From positions 868,001 to 932,000 of the forward strand of contig CAXKVF010000074.1 of the NCBI GenBank assembly GCA_964057225.1: a DNA stretch of 64,000 nt, read 5' to 3'. The DNA comes from Auanema rhodensis. Taxonomy: Eukaryota; Animalia; Nematoda. Shown piece after piece: positions 26,929-42,058 of this stretch; positions within the stretch are counted from its first letter, which is position 1; every line of letters begins with the position of its first letter. The notes below the pieces were generated by a model. It was given only the letters and a program-made list of their open reading frames with translations, was not told the origin of the DNA and ran no database searches. The position numbers and the translations under genes are program-made.

Positions 26929-29900
26929 TCACGTGAAAGATAAAGAGATGCGGTTTTCAAAATTAGATTCCCCATGTCCATATTAGTCTAAAAACAAATT
27001 TTTATTAATATTGGTGCATGGTAACCATGACTTTGAAATTTACGTGAACTTTAATTTATGCTAATTAAATGTACACGTGATGTGCACTTGGTATGTAACT
27101 CGCTTCACGTGAAAGATAAAGAGATGCGTTTTTCAAAATTAGATTCCCCATGTCCATATTAGTCTAAAAACAAAATTTTATTGATATTGGTTCATGGTAA
27201 CCATGACTTTGAAATTTACGTGAACTTTAATTTATGCTAATTAAATGTACACGTGATGTGCACTTGGTATGTAACTCGCTTCACGTGAAAGATAAAGAGA
27301 TACGGTTTTCAAAATTAGATTCCCCATGTCCATATTAGTCTAAAAACAAATTTTTAATGATATTGGTGCATGGTAACCATGACTTTGAAATTTACGTGAA
27401 CTTTAATTTATGCTAATTAAATGTACACGTGATGTGCACTTGGTATGTAACTCGCTTCACGTGAAAGATAAAGCGATGCGGTTTTCAAAATTAGATTCCC
27501 CATGTCCATACTAGTCTAAAAACAAATTTTTATTGATATTGGTTCATGGTAACCATGACTTTGAAATTTACGTGAACTTTAATTTATGCTAATTAAATGT
27601 ACACGTGATGTGCACTTGGTATGTAACTCGCTTCACGTGAAAGATAAAAAGATGCGGTTTTCAAAATTAGATTCCCCATGTCCATATTAGTCTAAAAACA
27701 AATTTTTATTGATATTGGTTCATGGTAACCATGACTTTGAAATTTACGTGAACTTTAATTTATGCTAATTAAATGTACACGTGATGTGCACTTGGTATGT
27801 AACTCGCTTCACGTGAAAGATAAAGAGATGCGGTTTTCAAAATTAGATTCCCCATGTCCATATTAGTCTTAAAACAAATTTTTATTGATATTGGTTCATG
27901 GTAACCATGACTTTGAAATTTAAGTGAACTTTAATTTATGCTAATTAAATGTACACGTGATGTGCACTTGGTATGTAACTCGCTTCACGTGAAAGATAAA
28001 GAGATGCGGTTTTCAAAATTAGATTTCCCATGTCCATATTAGTCTAAAAACAAATTTTTATTGATATTAGTTCATGGTAACCATGACTTTGAAATTTACG
28101 TGAACTTTAATTTATGCTAATTAAATGTACACGTGATGTGCACTTGGTATGTAACTCGCTTCACGTGAAAGATGAAGAGATGCGGTTTTCAAAATTAGAT
28201 TCCCCATGTCCATATTAGTCTAAAAACAAATTTTTATTGATATTGGTGCATGGTAACCATGACTTTGAAATTTACGTGAACTTTAATTTATGCTAATTAA
28301 ATGTACACGTGATGTGCACTTGGTATGTAACTCGCTTCACGTGAAAGATAAAGAGATGCGGTTTTCAAAATTAGATTCCCCATGTCCATATTAGTCTAAA
28401 AACAAATTTTTATTGATATTGGTGCATGGTAACCATGACTTTGAAATTTACGTGAACTTTAATTTATGCTAATTAAATGTACACGTGATGTGCACTTGGT
28501 ATGTAACTCGCTTCACGTGAAAGATAAAGAGATGCGGTTTTCAAAATTAGATTCCCCATGTCCATATTAGTCTAAAAACAAATTTTTATTGATATTGGTG
28601 CATGGTAACCATGACTTTGAAATTTACGTGAACTTTAATTTATGCTAATTAAATGTACACGTGATGTGCACTTGGTATGTAACTCGCTTCACGTGAAAGA
28701 TAGAGATGCGGTTTTCAAAATTAGATTCCCCATGTCCATATTAGTCTAAAAACAGAATTTTATTGATATTGGTTCATGGTAACCATGACTTTGAAATTTA
28801 CGTGAACTTTAATTTATGCTAATTAAATGTACACGTGATGTGCACTTGGTATGTAACTCGCTTCACGTGAAAGATAAAGAGATACGGTTTTCAAAATTAG
28901 ATTCCCCATGTCCATATTAGTCTAAAAACAAATTTTTATTGATATTGGTGCATGGTAACCATGACTTTGAAATTTACGTGAACTTTAATTTATGCTAATT
29001 AAATGTACACGTGATGTGCACTTGGTATGTAACTCGCTTCACGTGAAAGATAAAGAGATGCGGTTTTCAAAATTAGATTCCCCATGTCCATATTAGTCTA
29101 AAAACAAATTTTTATTGATATTGGTTCATGGTAACCATGACTTTGAAATTTACGTGAACTTTAATTTATGCTAATTAAATGTACACGTGATGTGCACTTG
29201 GTATGTAACTCGCTTCACGTGAAAGATAAAGAGATGCGGTTTTCAAAATTAGATTCCCCATGTCCATATTAGTCTAAAAACGAATTTTTATTGATATTGG
29301 TTCATGGTAACCATGACTTTGAAATTTACGTGAACTTTAATTTATGCTAATTAAATGTACACGTGATGTGCACTTGGTATGTAACTCGCTTCACGTGAAA
29401 GATAAAGAGATGCGGTTTTCAAAATTAGATTCCCCATGTCCATATTAGTCTTAAAACAAATTTTTATTGATATTGGTTCATGGTAACCATGACTTTGAAA
29501 TTTACGTGAACTTTAATTTATGCTAATTAAATGTACACGTGATGTGCACTTGGTATGTAACTCGCTTCACGTGAAAGATAAAGAGATGCGGTTTTCAAAA
29601 TTAGATTCCCCATGTCCATATTAGTCTAAAAACAAATTTTTATTGATATTAGTTCATGGTAACCATGACTTTGAAATTTACGTGAACTTTAATTTATGCT
29701 AATTAAATGTACACGTGATGTGCACTTGGTATGTAACTCGCTTCACGTGAAAGATAAAGAGATGCGGTTTTCAAAATTAGATTCCCCATGTCCATATTAG
29801 TCTAAAAACAAATTTTTATTGATATTGGTTCATGGTAACCATGACTTTGAAATTTACGTGAACTTTAATTTATGCTAATTAAATGTACACGTGATGTGCA

Positions 29901-31678
29901 CTTGGTATGTAACTCGCTTCACGTGAAAGATAAAGAGATGCGGTTTTCAAAATTAGATTCCCCATGTCCATATTAGTCTAAAAACAAATTTTTATTGATA
30001 TTGGTGCATGGTAACCATGACTTTGAAATTTACGTGAACTTTAATTTATGCTAATTAAATGTACACGTGATGTGCACTTGGTATGTAACTCGCTTCACGT
30101 GAAAGATAAAGAGATGCGGTTTTCAAAATTAGATTCCCCATGTCCATATTAGTCTAAAAACAAATTTTTATTGATATTGGTGCATGGTAACCATGACTTT
30201 GAAATTTACGTGAACTTTAATTTATGCTAATTAAATGTACACGTGATGTGCACTTGGTATGTAACTCGCTTCACGTGAAAGATAAAGAGATGCGGTTTTC
30301 AAAATTAGATTCCCCATGTCCATATTAGTCTAAAAACAAATTTTTATTAATATTGGTGCATGGTAACCATGACTTTGAAATTTACGTGAACTTTAATTTA
30401 TGCTAATTAAATGTACACGTGATGTGCACTTGGTATGTAACTCGCTTCACGTGAAAGATAAAGAGATGCGGTTTTCAAAATTAGATTCCCCATGTCCATA
30501 TTAGTCTAAAAACAAAATTTTATTGATATTGGTTCATGGTAACCATGACTTTGAAATTTACGTGAACTTTAATTTATGCTAATTAAATGTACACGTGATG
30601 TGCACTTGGTATGTAACTCGCTTCACGTGAAAGATAAAGAGATACGGTTTTCAAAATTAGATTCCCCATGTCCATATTAGTCTAAAAACAAATTTTTATT
30701 GATATTGGTGCATGGTAACCATGACTTTGAAATTTACGTGAACTTTAATTTATGCTAATTAAATGTACACGTGATGTGCACTTGGTATGTAACTCGCTTC
30801 ACGTGAAAGATAAAGAGATGCGGTTTTCAAAATTAGATTCCCCATGTCCATACTAGTCTAAAAACAAATTTTTATTGATATTGGTTCATGGTAACCATGA
30901 CTTTGAAATTTACGTGAACTTTAATTTATGCTAATTAAATGTACACGTGATGTGCACTTGGTATGTAACTCGCTTCACGTGAAAGATAAAAAGATGCGGT
31001 TTTCAAAATTAGATTCCCCATGTCCATATTAGTCTAAAAACAAATTTTTATTGATATTGGTTCATGGTAACCATGACTTTGAAATTTACGTGAACTTTAA
31101 TTTATGCTAATTAAATGTACACGTGATGTGCACTTGGTATGTAACTCGCTTCACGTGAAAGATAAAGAGATGCGGTTTTCAAAATTAGATTCCCCATGTC
31201 CATATTAGTCTTAAAACAAATTTTTATTGATATTGGTTCATGGTAACCATGACTTTGAAATTTAAGTGAACTTTAATTTATGCTAATTAAATGTACACGT
31301 GATGTGCACTTGGTATGTAACTCGCTTCACGTGAAAGATAAAGAGATGCGGTTTTCAAAATTAGATTTCCCATGTCCATATTAGTCTAAAAACAAATTTT
31401 TATTGATATTAGTTCATGGTAACCATGACTTTGAAATTTACGTGAACTTTAATTTATGCTAATTAAATGTACACGTGATGTGCACTTGGTATGTAACTCG
31501 CTTCACGTGAAAGATGAAGAGATGCGGTTTTCAAAATTAGATTCCCCATGTCCATATTAGTCTAAAAACAAATTTTTATTGATATTGGTGCATGGTAACC
31601 ATGACTTTGAAATTTACGTGAACTTTAATTTATGCTAATTAAATGTACACGTGATGTGCACTTGGTATGTAACTCGCT
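26929..31678. repeat. Eight-monomer block duplicated at 19-monomer spacing (26929-28336 ~ 30271-31678)
   Basis: Same ordered markers in both blocks: TTAATA, CAAAATT, GATAC, CATACT, TAAAAAG, CTTAAAA+TAAGTG, TTTCCC+TTAGTT, GATGAAG. TAAGTG is at 27923 and 31265, 3342 bp apart (19x176 minus the intervening 2-bp deletion). Confidence 0.85.
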
Positions 31679-34139
31679 TCACGTGAAAGATAAAGAGATG
31701 CGGTTTTCAAAATTAGATTCCCCATGTCCATATTAGTCTAAAAACAGAATTTTATTGATATTGGTTCATGGTAACCATGACTTTGAAATTTACGTGAACT
31801 TTAATTTATGCTAATTAAATGTACACGTGATGTGCACTTGGTATGTAACTCGCTTCACGTGAAAGATAAAGAGATACGGTTTTCAAAATTAGATTCCCCA
31901 TGTCCATATTAGTCTAAAAACAAATTTTTATTGATATTGGTGCATGGTAACCATGACTTTGAAATTTACGTGAACTTTAATTTATGCTAATTAAATGTAC
32001 ACGTGATGTGCACTTGGTATGTAACTCGCTTCACGTGAAAGATAAAGAGATGCGGTTTTCAAAATTAGATTCCCCATGTCCATATTAGTCTAAAAACAGA
32101 ATTTTATTGATATTGGTTCATGGTAACCATGACTTTGAAATTTACGTGAACTTTAATTTATGCTAATTAAATGTACACGTGATGTGCACTTGGTATGTAA
32201 CTCGCTTCACGTGAAAGATAAAGAGATACGGTTTTCAAAATTAGATTCCCCATGTCCATATTAGTCTAAAAACAAATTTTTATTGATATTGGTGCATGGT
32301 AACCATGACTTTGAAATTTACGTGAACTTTATATTATGCTAATTAAATGTACACGTGATGTGCACTTGGTATGTAACTCGCTTCACGTGAAAGATAAAGA
32401 GATGCGGTTTTCAAAATTAGATTCCCCATGTCCATATTAGTCTAAAAACAACTTTTATTGATATTGGTTCATGGTAACCATGACTTTGAAATTTACGTGA
32501 ACTTTAATTTATGCTAATTAAATGTACACGTGATGTGCACTTGGTATGTAACTCGCTTCACGTGAAAGATAAAGAGATGCGGTTTTCAAAATTAGATTCC
32601 CCATGTCCATATTAGTCTAAAAACAACTTTTATTGATATTGGTTCATGGTAACCATGACTTTGAAATTTACGTGAACTTTAATTTATGCTAATTAAATGT
32701 ACACGTGATGTGCACTTGGTATGTAACTCGCTTCACGTGAAAGATAAAGAGATGCGGTTTTCAAAATTAGATTCCCCATGTCCATATTAGTCTTAAAACA
32801 AATTTTTATTGATATTGGTTCATGGTAACCATGACTTTGAAATTTACGTGAACTTTAATTTATGCTAATTAAATGTACACGTGATGTGCACTTGGTATGT
32901 AACTCGCTTCACGTGAAAGATAAAGAGATGCGGTTTTCAAAATTAGATTCCCCATGTCCATATTAGTCTAAAAACAAATTTTTATTGATATTGGTTCATG
33001 GTAACCATGACTTTGAAATTTACGTGAACTTTAATTTATGCTAATTAAATGTACACGTGATGTGCACTTGGTATGTAACTCGCTTCACGTGAAAGATAAA
33101 GAGATACGGTTTTCAAAATTAGATTCCCCATGTCCATATTAGTCTAAAAACAAATTTTTATTGATATTGGTGCATGGTAACCATGACTTTGAAATTTACG
33201 TGAACTTTAATTTATGCTAATTAAATGTACACGTGATGTGCACTTGGTATGTAACTCGCTTCACGTGAAAGATAAAGAGATGCGGTTTTCAAAATTAGAT
33301 TCCCCATGTCCATATTAGTCTAAAAACAAATTTTTATTGATATTGGTTCATGGTAACCATGACTTTGAAATTTACGTGAACTTTAATTTATGCTAATTAA
33401 ATGTACACGTGATGTGCACTTGGTATGTAACTCGCTTCACGTGAAAGATAAAGAGATGCGGTTTTCAAAATTAGATTCCCCATGTCCATATTAGTCTAAA
33501 AACAACTTTTATTGATATTGGTTCATGGTAACCATGACTTTGAAATTTACGTGAACTTTAATTTATGCTAATTAAATGTACACGTGATGTGCACTTGGTA
33601 TGTAACTCGCTTCACGTGAAAGATAAAGAGATGCGGTTTTCAAAATTAGATTCCCCATGTCCATATTAGTCTTAAAACAAATTTTTATTGATATTGGTTC
33701 ATGGTAACCATGACTTTGAAATTTACGTGAACTTTAATTTATGCTAATTAAATGTACACGTGATGTGCACTTGGTATGTAACTCGCTTCACGTGAAAGAT
33801 AAAGAGATGCGGTTTTCAAAATTAGATTCCCCATGTCCATATTAGTCTAAAAACAAATTTTTATTGATATTAGTTCATGGTAACCATGACTTTGAAATTT
33901 ACGTGAACTTTAATTTATGCTAATTAAATGTACACGTGATGTGCACTTGGTATGTAACTCGCTTCACGTGAAAGATAAAGAGATGCGGTTTTCAAAATTA
34001 GATTCCCCATGTCCATATTAGTCTAAAAACAAATTTTTATTGATATTGGTTCATGGTAACCATGACTTTGAAATTTACGTGAACTTTAATTTATGCTAAT
34101 TAAATGTACACGTGATGTGCACTTGGTATGTAACTCGCT

Positions 34140-37100
34140 TCACGTGAAAGATAAAGAGATGCGGTTTTCAAAATTAGATTCCACATGTCCATATTAGTCT
34201 AAAAACAAATTTTTGTTGATATTGGTGCATGGTAACCATGACTTTGAAATTTACGTGAACTTTAATTTATGCTAATTAAATGTACACGTGATGTGCACTT
34301 GGTATGTAACTCGCTTCACGTGAAAGATAAAGAGATGCGGTTTTCAAAATTAGATTCCCCATGTCCATATTAGTCTAAAAACGAATTTTTATTGATATTG
34401 GTTCATGGTAACCATGACTTTGAAATTTACGTGAACTTTAATTTATGCTAATTAAATGTACACGTGATGTGCACTTGGTATGTAACTCGCTTCACGTGAA
34501 AGATAAAGAGATGCGGTTTTCAAAATTAGATTCCCCATGTCCATATTAGTCTAAAAACGAATTTTTATTGATATTGGTTCATGGTAACCATGACTTTGAA
34601 ATTTACGTGAACTTTAATTTATGCTAATTAAATGTACACGTGATGTGCACTTGGTATGTAACTCGCTTCACGTGAAAGATAAAGAGATGCGGTTTTCAAA
34701 ATTAGATTCCCCATGTCCATATTAGTCTAAAAACAAATTTTTATTGATATTGGTTCATGGTAACCATGACTTTGAAATTTACGTGAACTTTAATTTATGC
34801 TAATTAAATGTACACGTGATGTGCACTTGGTATGTAACTCGCTTCACGTGAAAGATAAAGAGATGCGGTTTTCAAAATTAGATTCCCCATGTCCATATTA
34901 GTCTAAAAACAAATTTTTATTGATATTGGTGCATGGTAACCATGACTTTGAAATTTACGTGAACTTTAATTTATGCTAATTAAATGTACACGTGATGTGC
35001 ACTTGGTATGTAACTCGCTTCACGTGAAAGATAAAGAGATGCGGTTTTCAAAATTAGATTCCCCATGTCCATATTAGTCTAAAAACAAATTTTTATTGAT
35101 ATTGGTTCATGGTAACCATGACTTTGAAATTTACGTGAACTTTAATTTATGCTAATTAAATGTACACGTGATGTGCACTTGGTATGTAACTCGCTTCACG
35201 TGAAAGATAAAGAGATGCGGTTTTCAAAATTAGATTCCCCATGTCCATATTAGTCTAAAAACAAATTTTTATTGATATTGGTGCATGGTAACCATGACTT
35301 TGAAATTTACGTGAACTTTAATTTATGCTAATTAAATGTACACGTGATGTGCACTTGGTATGTAACTCGCTTCACGTGAAAGATAAAGAGATGCGGTTTT
35401 CAAAATTAGATTCCCCATGTCCATATTAGTCTAAAAACGAATTTTTATTGATATTGGTTCATGGTAACCATGACTTTGAAATTTACGTGAACTTTAATTT
35501 ATGCTAATTAAATGTACACGTGATGTGCACTTGGTATGTAACTCGCTTCACGTGAAAGATAAAGAGATGCGGTTTTCAAAATTAGATTCCCCATGTCCAT
35601 ATTAGTCTAAAAACAAATTTTTATTAATATTGGTTCATGGTAACCATGACTTTGAAATTTACGTGAACTTTAATTTATGCTAATTAAATGTACACGTGAT
35701 GTGCACTTGGTATGTAACTCGCTTCACGTGAAAGATAAAGAGATGCGGTTTTCAAAATTAGATTCCCCATGTCCATATTAGTCTAAAAACAAATTTTTAT
35801 TGATATTGGTGCATGGTAACCATGACTTTGAAATTTACGTGAACTTTAATTTATGCTAATTAAATGTACACGTGATGTGCACTTGGTATGTAACTCGCTT
35901 CACGTGAAAGATAAAGAGATGCGGTTTTCAAAATTAGATTCCACATGTCCATATTAGTCTAAAAACAAATTTTTGTTGATATTGGTGCATGGTAACCATG
36001 ACTTTGAAATTTACGTGAACTTTAATTTATGCTAATTAAATGTACACGTGATGTGCACTTGGTATGTAACTCGCTTCACGTGAAAGATAAAGAGATGCGG
36101 TTTTCAAAATTAGATTCCCCATGTCCATATTAGTCTAAAAACGAATTTTTATTGATATTGGTTCATGGTAACCATGACTTTGAAATTTACGTGAACTTTA
36201 ATTTATGCTAATTAAATGTACACGTGATGTGCACTTGGTATGTAACTCGCTTCACGTGAAAGATAAAGAGATGCGGTTTTCAAAATTAGATTCCCCATGT
36301 CCATATTAGTCTAAAAACGAATTTTTATTGATATTGGTTCATGGTAACCATGACTTTGAAATTTACGTGAACTTTAATTTATGCTAATTAAATGTACACG
36401 TGATGTGCACTTGGTATGTAACTCGCTTCACGTGAAAGATAAAGAGATGCGGTTTTCAAAATTAGATTCCCCATGTCCATATTAGTCTAAAAACAAATTT
36501 TTATTGATATTGGTTCATGGTAACCATGACTTTGAAATTTACGTGAACTTTAATTTATGCTAATTAAATGTACACGTGATGTGCACTTGGTATGTAACTC
36601 GCTTCACGTGAAAGATAAAGAGATGCGGTTTTCAAAATTAGATTCCCCATGTCCATATTAGTCTAAAAACAAATTTTTATTGATATTGGTGCATGGTAAC
36701 CATGACTTTGAAATTTACGTGAACTTTAATTTATGCTAATTAAATGTACACGTGATGTGCACTTGGTATGTAACTCGCTTCACGTGAAAGATAAAGAGAT
36801 GCGGTTTTCAAAATTAGATTCCCCATGTCCATATTAGTCTAAAAACAAATTTTTATTGATATTGGTTCATGGTAACCATGACTTTGAAATTTACGTGAAC
36901 TTTAATTTATGCTAATTAAATGTACACGTGATGTGCACTTGGTATGTAACTCGCTTCACGTGAAAGATAAAGAGATGCGGTTTTCAAAATTAGATTCCCC
37001 ATGTCCATATTAGTCTAAAAACAAATTTTTATTGATATTGGTGCATGGTAACCATGACTTTGAAATTTACGTGAACTTTAATTTATGCTAATTAAATGTA

Positions 37101-37659
37101 CACGTGATGTGCACTTGGTATGTAACTCGCTTCACGTGAAAGATAAAGAGATGCGGTTTTCAAAATTAGATTCCCCATGTCCATATTAGTCTAAAAACGA
37201 ATTTTTATTGATATTGGTTCATGGTAACCATGACTTTGAAATTTACGTGAACTTTAATTTATGCTAATTAAATGTACACGTGATGTGCACTTGGTATGTA
37301 ACTCGCTTCACGTGAAAGATAAAGAGATGCGGTTTTCAAAATTAGATTCCCCATGTCCATATTAGTCTAAAAACAAATTTTTATTAATATTGGTTCATGG
37401 TAACCATGACTTTGAAATTTACGTGAACTTTAATTTATGCTAATTAAATGTACACGTGATGTGCACTTGGTATGTAACTCGCTTCACGTGAAAGATAAAG
37501 AGATGCGGTTTTCAAAATTAGATTCCCCATGTCCATATTAGTCTAAAAACAAATTTTTATTGATATTGGTGCATGGTAACCATGACTTTGAAATTTACGT
37601 GAACTTTAATTTATGCTAATTAAATGTACACGTGATGTGCACTTGGTATGTAACTCGCT
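34140..37659. repeat. Apparently perfect tandem duplication of a 10-monomer (1760-bp) unit (34140-35899 / 35900-37659)
   Basis: The order [CCACATG+TTTTGTT,G][CGAA][CGAA][T][G][T][G][CGAA][TTAATA][G] is identical in both halves. Confidence 0.9.
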
Positions 37660-40600
37660 TCACGTGAAAGATAAAGAGATGCGGTTTTCAAAATTAGATT
37701 CCCCATGTCCATATTAGTCTAAAAACAACTTTTATTGATATTGGTTCATGGTAACCATGACTTTGAAATTTACGTGAACTTTAATTTATGCTAATTAAAT
37801 GTACACGTGATGTGCACTTGGTATGTAACTCGCTTCACGTGAAAGATAAAGAGATGCGGTTTTCAAAATTAGATTCCCCATGTCCATATTAGTCTTAAAA
37901 CAAATTTTTATTGATATTGGTTCATGGTAACCATGACTTTGAAATTTACGTGAACTTTAATTTATGCTAATTAAATGTACACGTGATGTGCACTTGGTAT
38001 GTAACTCGCTTCACGTGAAAGATAAAGAGATGCGGTTTTCAAAATTAGATTCCCCATGTCCATATTAGTCTAAAAACAAATTTTTATTGATATTAGTTCA
38101 TGGTAACCATGACTTTGAAATTTACGTGAACTTTAATTTATGCTAATTAAATGTACACGTGATGTGCACTTGGTATGTAACTCGCTTCACGTGAAAGATA
38201 AAGAGATGCGGTTTTCAAAATTAGATTCCCCATGTCCATATTAGTCTAAAAACAAATTTTTATTGATATTGGTTCATGGTAACCATGACTTTGAAATTTA
38301 CGTGAACTTTAATTTATGCTAATTAAATGTACACGTGATGTGCACTTGGTATGTAACTCGCTTCACGTGAAAGATAAAGAGATGCGGTTTTCAAAATTAG
38401 ATTCCCCATGTCCATATTAGTCTAAAAACAAATTTTTATTGATATTGGTGCATGGTAACCATGACTTTGAAATTTACGTGAACTTTAATTTATGCTAATT
38501 AAATGTACACGTGATGTGCACTTGGTATGTAACTCGCTTCACGTGAAAGATAAAGAGATGCGGTTTTCAAAATTAGATTCCCCATGTCCATATTAGTCTA
38601 AAAACGAATTTTTATTGATATTGGTTCATGGTAACCATGACTTTGAAATTTACGTGAACTTTAATTTATGCTAATTAAATGTACACGTGATGTGCACTTG
38701 GTATGTAACTCGCTTCACGTGAAAGATAAAGAGATGCGGTTTTCAAAATTAGATTCCCCATGTCCATATTAGTCTAAAAACAAATTTTTATTAATATTGG
38801 TTCATGGTAACCATGACTTTGAAATTTACGTGAACTTTAATTTATGCTAATTAAATGTACACGTGATGTGCACTTGGTATGTAACTCGCTTCACGTGAAA
38901 GATAAAGAGATGCGGTTTTCAAAATTAGATTCCCCATGTCCATATTAGTCTAAAAACAAATTTTTATTGATATTGGTGCATGGTAACCATGACTTTGAAA
39001 TTTACGTGAACTTTAATTTATGCTAATTAAATGTACACGTGATGTGCACTTGGTATGTAACTCGCTTCACGTGAAAGATAAAGAGATGCGGTTTTCAAAA
39101 TTAGATTCCCCATGTCCATATTAGTCTAAAAACAAATTTTTATTGATATTGGTTCATGGTAACCATGACTTTGAAATTTACGTGAACTTTAATTTATGCT
39201 AATTAAATGTACACGTGATGTGCACTTGGTATGTAACTCGCTTCACGTGAAAGATAAAGAGATGCGGTTTTCAAAATTAGATTCCCCATGTCCATATTAG
39301 TCTAAAAACAAATTTTTATTGATATTGGTGCATGGTAACCATGACTTTGAAATTTACGTGAACTTTAATTTATGCTAATTAAATGTACACGTGATGTGCA
39401 CTTGGTATGTAACTCGCTTCACGTGAAAGATAAAGAGATGCGGTTTTCAAAATTAGATTCCCCATGTCCATATTAGTCTAAAAATAAATTTTTATTGATA
39501 TTGGTGCATGGTAACCATGACTTTGAAATTTACGTGAACTTTAATTTATGCTAATTAAATGTACACGTGATGTGCACTTGGTATGTAACTCGCTTCACGT
39601 GAAAGATAAAGAGATGCGGTTTTCAAAATTAGATTCCCCATGTCCATATTAGTCTAAAAACGAATTTTTATTGATATTGGTTCATGGTAACCATGACTTT
39701 GAAATTTACGTGAACTTTAATTTATGCTAATTAAATGTACACGTGATGTGCACTTGGTATGTAACTCGCTTCACGTGAAAGATAAAGAGATGCGGTTTTC
39801 AAAATTAGATTCCCCATGTCCATATTAGTCTAAAAACAAATTTTTATTGATATTGGTTCATGGTAACCATGACTTTGAAATTTACGTGAACTTCAATTTA
39901 TGCTAATTAAATGTACACGTGATGTGCACTTGGTATGTAACTCGCTTCACGTGAAAGATAAAGAGATGCGGTTTTCAAAATTAGATTCCCCATGTCCATA
40001 TTAGTCTAAAAACAAATTTTTATTGATATTGGTGCATGGTAACCATGACTTTGAAATTTACGTGAACTTTAATTTATGCTAATTAAATGTACACGTGATG
40101 TGCACTTGGTATGTAACTCGCTTCACGTGAAAGATAAAGAGATGCGGTTTTCAAAATTAGATTCCCCATGTCCATATTAGTCTAAAAACGAATTTTTATT
40201 GATATTGGTTCATGGTAACCATGACTTTGAAATTTACGTGAACTTTAATTTATGCTAATTAAATGTACACGTGATGTGCACTTGGTATGTAACTCGCTTC
40301 ACGTGAAAGATAAAGAGATGCGGTTTTGAAAATTAGATTCCCCATGTCCATATTAGTCTAAAAACAAATTTTTATTGATATTGGTTCATGGTAACCATGA
40401 CTTTGAAATTTACGTGAACTTTAATTTATGCTAATTAAATGTACACGTGATGTGCACTTGGTATGTAACTCGCTTCACGTGAAAGATAAAGAGATGCGGT
40501 TTTCAAAATTAGATTCCCCATGTCCATATTAGTCTAAAAACAAATTTTTATTGATATTGGTTCATGGTAACCATGACTTTGAAATTTACGTGAACTTTAA

Positions 40601-42058
40601 TTTATGCTAATTAAATGTACACGTGATGTGCACTTGGTATGTAACTCGCTTCACGTGAAAGATAAAGAGATGCGGTTTTCAAAATTAGATTCCCCATGTC
40701 CATATTAGTCTAAAAACAAATTTTTATTGATATTGGTGCATGGTAACCATGACTTTGAAATTTACGTGAACTTTAATTTATGCTAATTAAATGTACACGT
40801 GATGTGCACTTGGTATGTAACTCGCTTCACGTGAAAGATAAAGAGATGCGGTTTTCAAAATTAAATTCCCCATGTCCATATTAGTCTAAGAACGAATTTT
40901 TATTGATATTAGTTCATGGTAACCATGACTTTGAAATTTACGTGAACTTTAATTTATGCTAATTAAATGTACACGTGATGTGCACTTGGTATGTAACTCG
41001 CTTCACGTGAAAGATAAAGAGATGCGGTTTTCAAAATTAGATTCCCCATGTCCATATTAGTCTAAAAACAAATTTTTATTGATATTGGTTCATGGTAACC
41101 ATGACTTTGAAATTTACGTGAACTTTAATTTATGCTAATTAAATGTACACGTGATGTGCACTTGGTATGTAACTCGCTTCACGTGAAAGATAAAGAGATG
41201 CGGTTTTCAAAATTAGATTCCCCATGTCCATATTAGTCTAAAAACAAATTTTTCTTGATATTGGTTCATGGTAACCATGACTTTGAAATTTACGTGAACT
41301 TTAATTTATGCTAATTAAATGTACACGTGATGTGCACTTGGTATGTAACTCGCTTCACGTGAAAGATAAAGAGATGCGGTTTTCAAAATTAGATTCCCCA
41401 TGTCCATATTAGTCTAAAAACAAATTTTTATTGCTATTAGTTCATGGTAACCATGACTTTGAAATTTACGTGAACTTTAATTTATGCTAATTAAATGTAC
41501 ACGTGATGTGCACTTGGTATGTAACTCGCTTCACGTGAAAGATAAAGAGATGCGGTTTTCAAAATTAGATTCCCCATGTCCATATTAGTCTAAAAACAAA
41601 TTTTTATTGATATTGGTTCATGGTAACCATGACTTTGCAATTTACGTGAACTTTAATTAATGCTAATTAAATGTACACGTGATGTGCACTTGGTATGTAA
41701 CTCGCTTCACGTGAAAGATAAAGAGATGCGGTTTTCAAAATTAGATTCCCCATGTCCATATTAGTCTAAAAACAAATTTTTCTTGATATTGGTTCATGGT
41801 AACCATGACTTTGAAATTTACGTGAACTTTAATTTATGCTAATTAAATGTACACGTGATGTGCACTTGGTATGTAACTCGCTTCACGTGAAAGATAAAGA
41901 GATGCGGTTTTCAAAATTAGATTCCCCATGTCCATATTAGTCTAAAAACAAATTTTTATTGATATTAGTTCATGGTAACCATGACTTTGAAATTTACGTG
42001 AACTTTAATTTATGCTAATTAAATGTACACGTGATGTGCACTTGGTATGTAACTCGCT

